A stretch of DNA of 34,626 bases, taken from contig JAQGDQ010001562.1 in assembly GCA_030141605.1 (NCBI GenBank), positions 1 to 34,626 on the forward strand. Direction: 5' to 3'. The notes below the pieces were generated by a model that searched no databases, was not told where the DNA came from, and saw nothing but the letters and a program-made list of their open reading frames with translations. The stretch is from Tubiluchus corallicola (Eukaryota > Animalia > Priapulida). The first letter of the stretch is position 1. Every line of letters starts with the position of its first letter. Both the position numbers and the translations under genes were made by a program. Below, piece by piece: positions 24,436-34,626 of this stretch.

Positions 24436-25721
24436 TCAAATGGTTATTTAATATCCATGGAGTAAATTACAAAGATTTAATTTCGTTCAACACTCTGTCT
24501 TTATCCCAATCTTAATATCGCGTTGATATCTGAGCAAAAAATAAAAAAGCGCAAAAAATTTTTTTAAAGCGATGATTTATTAGCCTGGCGCGCATATTTC
24601 ATGTCATTACAATCGCATAATTTAGCCAGAAGTCAATTTGAGCTGTAATTCCTCACTAGAAGAACTTTTGAAAGTCATAACCAAGGGTTTTCACACCTCT
24701 TTCTATAGAAACTCTTGTAACATATCATTTATAATATTGATATTAGCATACAGGGAGAGGAAATGAACGCTAGCGAGCACAGTACCCCGGGGGGAGGAAT
24801 GATATTATCCTCTCTGACAGGAGAGGAGAAACGAGGAGGCAAGTATTAGTAAGCCCGGAGGTGATGCAGGCGGTTTATTTATTCGTGTGTTCTGGCACGC
24901 GTTGTCGGGCGGCCATCAATAAACATGGCCCCGCCATTTTATTGTTACCACACCAGAGGAGAGAGTAAGTAAAAATCTCTTAACGTTTTTCTTTTCAAAC
25001 CGGTTTCTGCCGTGTGATGTCACCCTCTCAACCTCTCAGACGTTTGCTGTGGGATCTGGGTAAAGACGGGTGGACCCAGAAGCGATCCTTGTCGTATCCC
25101 CGTCATCGCTAAACATCACTCAATCCTTTAACAAACTGTAAAATAACAGCAAGTTTCCCTTTGACTTTATACACATTGTTTTATACGTCACCAAAAATGA
25201 GAAATAATTCTCCCTCTGGTGACGAATCGCGTAACTAGCGAGCCGCCACTGTCTAATATAGGCTAGGGGAATTTAAATTGGTGTATAAAAGGAGTTTTTT
25301 CAAGCCGCATTCTGTTCCTAGACCCATACATTACAGACGTAGAAGAGCCAGGTAGAGACTCAGACATCGTGTAACCTGTAATTTAGAGAGTGCAGATCCT
25401 TAATCATCGAAATGTCGTTTTGTATTTCACGTTGTCCATTGTGTGTTGTGAAAGTTGCTAAAATATCATAGGGGTTTGCTCGGTTCGGTTATCATTCCAC
25501 AGACCGCGAAATAAAAAAAACTAGATAAGGAATATTCCTGACACGAGTTTAAGCTCAAAGAAAATAGAGAAGAGTGGAAATCTTTGTCAAGGCAGAACGT
25601 TGAGTTGAGTGAACACAGAAATTTCTGTAGAAGCTGCGTTCTGGAGACATTTTGTTAAAACAGTGTGATGAATTATGGCAAAATTTGCGGCTCCGTGCGT
25701 TTGACTGTATAGTTAAAAAAT

Positions 25722-25955
25722 GGAAAAGGGAAAAGAAAGAAGGAGGAAAGAAACGAAAAGAAAAGAAAAGGAAAGAAAAGAAAGAAAGAAAAAGAAAAGA
25801 GGAAAATGAAAAGAAAAAGTTAAGAAAAGAATAGGAAAGAAAAGGAAAGGAAAGAAAGGAAAAAATAAAAGAGGAAAAAGTAAAGAAAAAGTAAAGAAAT
25901 GAATAGGAAAGAAAAAAAGGAAAAAATGGAAAGAAAAGAAAAGAAAAGAAAGAAG
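25722..25955. repeat. A/G-rich low-complexity tract
   Basis: GAAAA-like degenerate repeat; a similar tract lies at ~26731-26826. Confidence 0.9.
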
Positions 25956-26486
25956 AATCTTAGTAATTTAAAATGTTTGCACCAACTGGTAAAATGCCAC
26001 TGTTAAATGTCACTCACCTTCCCAGTGTGCACCACTGACTCACCAAAAAAAATATTTTTTAATCTTACTGACAAGATAAACTAATTGATATTTTTGCTTT
26101 GTTAGTGACGTGTGCGCTACGAATGCGCTGTTTTTTTTCATACTTGTGATACGTATTACGTAGTTAAATATTAAATGAATCTATCGTATAAAACACTATG
26201 TACTTTCTTTTTTGTCTAATTTCTTTAACTATGTAATAGGTATCACAAGTATGTAAAAATAATCAGAGTCAATAAAATTTAAAAATATGTTTTTTGGTGA
26301 GTGAGTGGTGCACACTGGGAAGGTGAGTCAGTGACATTTTACCGGTTGGCGCAAACATTTTAAATTACTAAGATTCTTTTTCTCTAGCTACGTAGGTAAC
26401 TCTTTCAAACAGTATTGCTAAGTAATATAATTTTGTATGGGAAGGTTTTAGAGGGTTCTGTAAAATTGCTTTTTCTTCCACTTTAA
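25953..26486. mobile_element. Long-inverted-repeat non-autonomous transposon family B (Kolobok-like)
   Basis: 25953-~26070 is inverted relative to ~26266-26378 (outer 28 bp perfect; core ACTCACCTTCCCAGTGTGCACCACT). The right arm continues to CTTTAA at 26486. Confidence 0.8.
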
Positions 26487-26927
26487 CTGTCTAAAAGTGG
26501 AAAATTTACTACATCCATTCAGTGAAAATAAAATCAGTGTCTATAGGGATCGGAGCAATAAATATGGCGGCAACTACAAAGCAACCAATTACAGATCTCA
26601 TTTATTTTCCTTGATATTACGAGTGACAACTTTCTTCAAACTTCGTAATTTTTCTGATCCATGCGTAAAATGACTTTTGCCGTTCCGGATTAATTTTTTT
26701 TAATGTTTCACGCGTTTTGACTATATCGTCGAAAAAGAAAAGGAAAAAAGAAAGAAAGAAAGAAAGATAGAAAGAAAGAAAGAAGGGAAAAAGATAAAAG
26801 AAAAAAGAAGAAAAAAGAATGAAAGAGTGAATGTGTAGCTGGGAGTTGTCACTAATTTTTCAGGTGACCTAATTAGAATGTCGCTGCTCTCTTGTGTGAC
26901 GTTTTTCCGTCGTTCATGCTTGTTTTA

Positions 26928-27030
26928 AATCAATCAATCAATTTATTTATTTATTCGTTTATTTAAAGTAATCTTGCGAGATAGCTCCTTCAGTGCTTAG
27001 CACTGCTTTCCACGGAGGACCTCAGTTATT
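26928..27030 (-). mobile_element. Probable LINE/SINE 3' terminus
   Basis: Minus strand shows a CAGTGC-TAA-GCACTG stem-loop, AATAAA and a (TAAA)n(TTGA)n tail. Confidence 0.45.
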
Positions 27031-27266
27031 TACATATAAACAGATATAATTTCATTCATGCAATTTCATTACAACGGCTGCATTTAAAATTCTCTAACAA
27101 AATAAAATCATTACCAATGAGTGTTTGTTTAATCACAATCGTGTTAACTATTTAAATAAATGCTAACTGTATTATAGTCATGTTTTGACATGATTAGGTA
27201 ACTCAGTGTCAAAAAATGATTTCATTGTGGTTAGTCTTGCTATTCCATTGTAATGATAAACATCAA

Positions 27267-27308
27267 GGTGATGATGATGACGATTACGACGACGACGACG
27301 ACGACGTT

Positions 27309-27358
<50 letters not shown>

Positions 27359-27740
27359 GATGATGATGGTGATGACGATGATGATGATGACGACGACAAC
27401 GATGATGGTGACGATGATGATAATGATGATGACGACGACGACATTATGATGATGATGATGACGATGATGATGATGTTGATGATGATGATGATGACGATGA
27501 TGACGATGATGATGATGTTGTTGATGATGATGATGTTGATGATGATGATGATGGTGATGATGACGATGATGGTGACGATGATGATAATGATGATGACGAC
27601 GACGACTACGTTATGATGACGATCACGATGACGATGACGATGATGATGGTGACGATGATGATATTGATGCCGATGATAATGATAACGATTGCGACAAGGA
27701 TAATGCTGATGGTGACTCTAACAATGATGGTGATAATGAC
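27267..27740. repeat. Imperfect (GAT/GAC)n repeat
   Basis: Direct reading. Confidence 0.95.
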
Positions 27741-28408
27741 TCATGTAATCGCGCACTTGATAATTTTATTCTTTTTCAATTAAACAATTAATTTTCCACT
27801 TACAAGTTTTAAGTTTTAGGCAATTTGGAAATGACTGACTGCAGACCTAATTATTAAACGTTTCAAAATGTTAAATAATAAAGAACAACTTATTTCCGAA
27901 GTGTCGTGACCAACGCATCCCGTTACGGAAACGGCAATTATTACCGTTTTTGAAAACTCAGCGAAACGCGAACATACAGATAACAACGGAAACGGCAAAT
28001 GTTGTGTTTTGACAAGTTTTGTAACTCCTCGCCGCTCAGCACAGAACTAAACACGATTAGACTTATGCCGTCGCCGTTTTGGTACATCAAAGAACATGCG
28101 AATGTAGTTTTATTTGCAAAATCGCAAAACAAGAAAAGAAAAACAGAGAAGAAAAGGAGGGAGAGGAGATGAGAAAAGAGAAAATAAATATTGTGTGATT
28201 TTTTATATATCTTTCCATTTCTTATCAATAAAATCATCTCTGAACCGTGACGACATTGATACATTTGGTAAAATTGTGAAAATTTACACCTAAAATGCGA
28301 CGCTGCCTCACTTTGTAAATTTAATGAATTTCATCGAGAAATTCTGCTTCTGCTGTTGCTAGCAGTGTCATCGCTTTACTAACATTGCTGACGTAGTAAT
28401 TATTATGT

Positions 28409-29143
28409 ATGCTTCTGTAGATAACTTAATGTAAATAAGGATGAAGTAAATGATGTAATAATTTGAGTAGTGTGAGGTGAGTGTACGACCATACGGTCAT
28501 TAACACACTCACCTTACTTAAATTAAAAAATGATTATAGTTATGCATGCTTCTGTAGATAACTTAATGTAAATAAGGATGAAGTAAATGATGTAATAATT
28601 TGAGTAGTGCGAGGTGAGTGTACGACCATACGGTCATTAACACACACACACCTTACTTAAATTAAAAAATGATTATAGTTATGCATGCTTCTGTAGATAA
28701 CTTAATGTAAATAAGGATGAAGTAAATGATGTAATAATTTGAGTAGTGCGAGGTGAGTGTACGACCATACGGTCATTAACACACACACACCTTACTTAAA
28801 TTAAAAAATGATTATAGTTATGCATGCTTCTGTAGATAACTTAGTGTAAATATGGATGAAGTAAATGATGTAATAATTTGAGTAGTGTGAGGTGAGTGTA
28901 CGACCATACGGTCATTAACACACACACACCTTACTTAAATGAAAAAATGATTATAGTTATGCATGCTTCTGTAGATAACTTAATATAAATAAGGATGAAG
29001 TAAATGATGTAATAATTTGAGTAGTGCGAGGTGAGTGTACGATCATTAACTCACTCACCTTACATAAATGAAAAAATGATTATAGTTATGCATGCTTCTG
29101 TAGATAACTTAATGCAAATAAGGATGAAGTAAATAATGTAATA
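28409..29143. repeat. ~139-bp tandem repeat, 5 full units + partial
   Basis: ATGCTTCTGTAGATAACTTA starts at 28409, 28546, 28685, 28824, 28963, 29092. Confidence 0.97.
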
Positions 29144-29603
29144 ATAGCAATGTTATAAGAGAAATAAACCTGAAAGTTGAGAAAGGAAAACATAATATGT
29201 AATTACGACTTTGAGTGAGCCTTAAAGAGTGAAGTTTTTTTTAAAATAGTTACGAATATGAATTATGTGAATTATGTAACCTAAGATATTTTCTTGTATC
29301 TGTTACACGGTCGACAATGGATTCCATTTTGTTGTAGTTACATTTATTTGCCAAATATGGATATACAATTCTTTAATGAATCACATAGTTTATCACATAC
29401 AGCGTTAAAGGTAAAACTTACTGTCAATTTATCCTAAGTATCTGACATGGAATTTCAATCGTCATTTCATCGACAATAAATTCTACTTCGATGCAGTTCC
29501 AACTATTTACCAAATGTGAGATAATTCAATTTAATAAACATGCTTTACAAAAATGCATGCTTAACAAATTACTCGCATAATGAGTGTGTTTATCAGAGAA
29601 TTA

Positions 29604-29946
29604 CCGTATTTATTCGAGTAAAACGCGCAAAATTTTCTACCTAAAAAGAATTCAAAGTTTGGGTGCGCGTTATAAACGACGGCTGGGGCGAGGCGTAGCT
29701 AAGGAAATAATTAATAATATTTGCGTCATCAGCAGACTTTGCCAGACGGTGCAACGTCTAGACGGTTTGTGTAGACGGTGTCTGGCCCACGGAAATGTTA
29801 GAGACTGGAATTGTTCAACAACGTTTGTCACTTACAATACTTGGTCTGAGCCGAGAAAAACTGAAACAAAATTTTATACCGATTTTTAATCGAAAATTAG
29901 GTGTGCGCGTTATACACGTGTGGGCGTTATACTCGAATAAATACGG
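29604..29946. mobile_element. 343-bp Tc1/mariner-superfamily (pogo/Tc2-like) MITE
   Basis: TIR CCGTATTTATTCGAGTA(A/T)AACGC (22/23 match) flanked by TA on both sides; subterminal GTGCGCGTTATA repeats. Confidence 0.92.
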
Positions 29947-30334
29947 TAAGAAGCTTACCAAAAGCAGACGAAACACCCTCCCACATGGTATCATAATTTG
30001 CGTCAAACATGCCAATAGAACTGCTGCCAGGGTGAAGACTACTGACTGATGGAAGGACCAAGTCGTCATCTTCCCACCAATGCCAAGCTGAAATGGTAAG
30101 ATATGCAAAAATGGGAACACAATGAAATTTTACTGCAGAAAGAAACGGAGGTTTTACACTACGTCCTAAAACAGTTTCCTTGCTAAAAGAAAACCCTTTA
30201 TTTACGCAAAGTCTACAAAATTTATTTTGAATTTTTTACCACTTACGTACTGCCTTTTTGTATACAGGGCTTGCCTTGTCAGTAACTCTGTACAAAATCT
30301 GTAGATCTAAACTTTCGCAATAAAAGTGAGATGC

Positions 30335-30657
30335 AGTCATTTTGACGATAGGTCATTTGAAAGAAGTTTAGATAACTTTGAATGAAGTTTGAAAAAATAG
30401 CCAAAGCATTCGTAGCGCACACGTCAATGTAAGTAACATGTTAAATTACTGTATTTTCATTGATAGGACTAAAAATACGTTTTTTTGGTTAGCGAGTGGT
30501 GCACCCTGGAGGGTAAGTCAACGACATTCAGCCATTCGATGAAAACATTTTAAATAATAAATAATTTTTTCTTTAGTAACCTAAATCTTTCAAGTAGGTA
30601 AGTTAAGTGCTAAGTAATAACTTTTGGGGCTTAGTTAACATTTCCTTTTCTTCCAGT
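30335..30657. mobile_element. Family B arm, diverged
   Basis: TTTTTGGTTAGCGAGTGGTGCACCCTGGAGGGTAAGTCA..AAACATTTTAAAT is homologous to 26290-26365 and 32247-32316. Confidence 0.7.
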
Positions 30658-30854
30658 GATTTACGTTGTGCGTATATGACGTCATGCAATGGCGACTCCA
30701 GAACAGTATTGTGGGAAATTTAAAATGAAGACTAACAAAAAATCTCTACAACGCGATTACGATATGTGCATGAAATTGCTATAAAGTTATATAATCATTT
30801 AAGGCGATTTTTCTGAAACCTACTTCAGGTGCCCCTTTTCTTGTCCTTTAATAA

Positions 30855-31080
30855 TGCACATACCTGTTTCAAGACTTGTAATTGGAAAAGAATTTTTTTT
30901 AATAATTTTAAATGTTCTCGCCACCTGGTAATGGCCATCCCAGCGTGCACCACTGATTCACCAAAAACAAATGATTTACTTTGTTAATAATATAAATTAA
31001 TTTAAACTTCTGCTTAGATACCGAAGAGTGTGCTGTGAATACTCTGATTATTTTTTCTAAAAACACATTATAGTATTTAA
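30855..31080. mobile_element. Family B arm in opposite orientation
   Basis: TCCCAGCGTGCACCACTGATTCACCAAAAA is the inverted homolog of 32247-32276. Confidence 0.7.
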
Positions 31081-31109
31081 AACATATTAAAAATCAAATA
31101 CTTCTTTAA

Positions 31110-31567
31110 CCCTTTCATACCCGTTGTATCCCGTGGGATACGAGAATATTTTCTGCCTTTAAAATTAATAAAATTTTAAAACTGACAGTCATTTGATCTG
31201 TTAATAGTTATTTCGATTTAAGCCAATAACAATAGACTAAAAAATGGCGATAAAATGGCAAACTAGAAAATCTACATAGCATAAAAACTTCGCAAGGTAC
31301 AGTACTTTAGAGACGACTTTGTACAGATCAGCATAGCATGCATGGTAAATGTCTTAAATACTTTAAAAAATTATCAGCAGTTGCAAAATGAAGCACATTT
31401 TATGCTTCCATTGAATCCCAATGTATCCCGTGGGATACAGGCTATATTTAGCACGCGGGCACAGGTAGAAAAAAATAATTATCATGTGTAAACAAGATGG
31501 ACATACTGAACAAAAGTACCAAGCCAAAAAAATTTTTCTTATTAAAAATAGTTTTGGACTGAAAGGG
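31110..31567. mobile_element. piggyBac-like MITE (458 bp)
   Basis: TTAA|CCCTTTCATACC ... GGACTGAAAGGG|ATAA (TIR 10/12, right TSD with one mismatch). Palindrome GTATCCCGTGGGATAC at ~31126 and ~31423. Confidence 0.7.
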
Positions 31568-32129
31568 ATAATAATTTTTTCACACTTTGTCCAATTTTAT
31601 CTGCACCTAATGGCGGCCATTGCGGGACTTTACATGTAAATTTACAAGTTTTGTACAGAGTTACTACTAACGCAAGCTCTGTATGCAATGAGACAGTATT
31701 TATACAAAATTTCACGACGAATATCTTAAGGTTTATGTAAGTAAAGTATTTTCTTGTCTTTTTAAACCTTAAATCACTTTTAGTCAATAAAAATCATAAC
31801 ATTACATTAGTCATTAATTTTTTTTAATAAATGTGTTTTCTAATCTTTTTTGTACTTTGCAGTTAATTTTTTTATAAAAGCGCTTTCGATTTGCTTTAAA
31901 GAGTCTCTATCTTATACTATTATTTCTTGTTACTAATCTTTTTATCTATTTTTTAATTCTTAATTCTTATTCTCCCAAGAAATTGAAAATCTCCAAGTTG
32001 AATTCTTAAAGAAATGACAGACTGCTCCACTTTCTTCGAGAAACCTCTTTCACCCCCCCCCCCCACCGTCTCCCGGGTTAGCAGTATAATTCTTGTAAAT
32101 TTTAACTCCCGCGATGACCGTTAAATGCA

Positions 32130-32442
32130 GCCATTTTAGCAATAAGTCATTTGAAACATGTATAAAGTTTGAAAATATAATCAGAGCACAGTTTTCCCTA
32201 ACCAGGGAAAAGTTTAAATTACTTTGTTATTAAGATGAAAAATACGTTTTTGGTGAGTCAGTGGTGCACACTGGGACGGTGAGTCTGTGTCGTTTTATCA
32301 GGCGAACATTTTAAATTACTAATAATTTTCTTTTCTAGTTACATAAGACTTTCAAACAGGTAAGCGTAATGCTAAGTAGTACAACTTCGTTTGGAAAGCT
32401 TTAGGAGAATGTATTTTGAAATTTCCTTTTGTTCCCCTTTAA
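32130..32442. mobile_element. Family B right arm
   Basis: Homologous to 26260-26486; ends GTTCCCCTTTAA. Confidence 0.78.
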
Positions 32443-32511
32443 TAGAACAGTAATTATAGCTGAAACAGCTCGGACTGCTTCACTTTGAAATTCGAGGTTT
32501 GTTTTATCAAA

Positions 32512-33143
32512 TTAAAGAAGACAGGATGATTTTTTTCATATACTATCCCATATTCAAGTGTAGTAGTAATTACACATTTTGACACAGTTATTACTGCAAA
32601 AGCGTTCGTGATAATTAAATATAGATTAAAAAATTATTTAACGGCGGGCGAGCCCTACTATTGACGACATCACAAACTAACATAATTTCCAACAGCAAAA
32701 ACATTCCACGAGCTTGTTGCACGTGTTTGCAAAAGCGGAAATTTAGGTACAGTGTTATTGTAAGATATTCAGTGTGTTGTACTAAAAGTAGGCAAGTTTT
32801 AAGATAAAAATTCACATTTGAATTTTACCATTGTGCTCACGCATGAGCTGTCGAACGTGTGTAGTTGGTCTCGCACTAACACATCTGAGGTGAGAGGTAC
32901 AGCACCTATTTGTTTGTGCAACACTTTCCGAAGTGCAGGCGCTAGTGCCCGTCTAACTAGCGAATGGCAAAATGTATGTAACAGCGAAGAACTAGTGGCA
33001 CGAACGTGAAATTGTGTTTGTGTGGTAATAATTCTTTCACGTAAGTCATTTTTGAAAAAAATTGTATGTTTCCTTTCAATATTTTAAAGTATAGATTGTT
33101 TTGACGCTCATTTTAAGATTTACTGGGTCCAGTTTTGCTTTAA
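32512..33143 (+). mobile_element. Family A transposon, copy 2 (apparently full length)
   Basis: TTAA|AGAAGACAGG ... CCAGTTTTGCT|TTAA; colinear with 16633-17233. Confidence 0.8.
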
Positions 33144-33710
33144 CGGAATAAGATAGCAGTTCAAATCTCTTAACCGATTTCGTCCCATTCTGTCTATAAT
33201 CAGTCAGTCCATCTGTTTTATTTCTCTTGTCGTACCTTTTTTCATTGTTTGTCTACCATTAATTAGTAATAGGATTTGCACAAAGCAAAAATGTTTTACC
33301 TTCGCCATGCTTTATGATCGCTCCGTAACACAGCAACAAAACGAAAAGTCTAGAAACCTACACAAATAAATAAAATCGGATTGAAATAACCACATGTACA
33401 GCACTGCCGTATGACAACAGAAATTTTTGGATTCGCAAACTCGGCTTCTTAATAAATTAATATTCGTTCGTGAATTGATATGAATTAATTATATTTATAA
33501 CTAAAATTACGTATGTTTGTAATATGGAAAAGTACTTTTAAGTACCTAATTCCAAGAACTTTGTACTGTGACAAAATTTACTTTTTTTGTTTGTTTGGCT
33601 GTTATAAGGTTAAGACAAACTTTTTTACTCCAATATAATTGAATGCTATTTGTCTGTATTTATATAAATCTAGGCAATAATGTTAAGATTATGTTATACT
33701 GTTATAATAA

Positions 33711-33744
33711 GTGCGTGTGTGTGTGTGCGTGCGTGTGTGTGTGT

Positions 33745-33781
<37 letters not shown>

Positions 33782-34080
33782 CATGTGTCTGTGTGTGCAT
33801 GTGTGTGTGCGTGCATGTGTGTGCGCGTGTGTGTGTCTGTGTGTGCATGTGTGTGTGTGCGTGCATGCATGTGTCTGTATGTGCGTGCGTGTGCGTGCGT
33901 GCGTGTGTGTGCGTGTGTGTGCGTGTGTGTGCGTGTGTGTGTCATGTGTGTGTGCATGCATGTGTGTGCGTGTCGTGTGTGTGCATGTCGTGTGTGTGTG
34001 TATGCATGTGTGTGTGTGCGTGTCGTGTGTGTGTGTGTGCGTGTGTCTGTGTGTGCATGCGTGCATGCATGCATGTGTGT

Positions 34081-34116
<36 letters not shown>

Positions 34117-34131
34117 ATGTGTGCGTGCGTG
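33711..34131. repeat. Imperfect (GT)n microsatellite
   Basis: Direct reading. Confidence 0.97.
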
Positions 34132-34138
34132 CTTGATG

Positions 34139-34292
34139 TAATGCTGTAGCAAGTGGAGAATCTTGTGGTAATCTGATGACATGTCCATCCCATCCATAAG
34201 GCGACGCTTTAGATTGGACATGTCATCTAACATTGGAAACGGAATTTTGCTCAAACACTGGTGTTCCACAGGGTGATCGTCTGAGCCCTGTC
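34139..34292. mobile_element. Two short non-LTR retroelement coding relics in opposite orientation
   Basis: Minus 34211-34139: KRRL/WDGHVIRLPQDSPLATAL (RTE-like, frameshifted). Plus 34236-34292: ETEFCSNTGVPQGDRLSPV (RT GVPQG motif). Confidence 0.72.
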
Positions 34293-34324
34293 AATAGATA
34301 ACAATTTGAACTAATTCGACGTGT

Positions 34325-34465
<141 letters not shown>

Positions 34466-34626
34466 GCCATACGTCTATTGTAGCCATTGGACAGACAGAA
34501 TTCTAAAATAAAAGAAATCTGCCTTCAGACAGGTAAACGCAGCAGTAATCCAGCAAAAAACTAGACACTGCTACGCCAGTGGCTTGTCAGCACCACTTCC
34601 GTTAAATAAATAAATAAATTAATAAA

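Overview
Repeat-rich, AT-rich eukaryotic DNA, most likely from an invertebrate animal (inferred from gene and repeat content). One gene is clear: an intronless achaete-scute/ASCL proneural bHLH factor on the minus strand (stop 4540, probable start 5391). A second, divergently oriented 178-aa ORF (11546-12082) looks coding but I do not recognise it. The rest is microsatellites, four minisatellite arrays, decayed LINE ends (CR1/L2-like, RTE-like), tRNA-derived remnants and non-autonomous DNA transposons (Tc1/mariner-, piggyBac- and Kolobok-like). The most intriguing signal is regulatory: Hairy/E(spl) (HES) repressor-type sites recur around the ASCL gene. They include a 13-unit, two-variant minisatellite ~14 kb upstream in which every unit carries such a site. 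No new biological system is demonstrated from sequence alone. Coordinates were read by eye and repeat boundaries are approximate.
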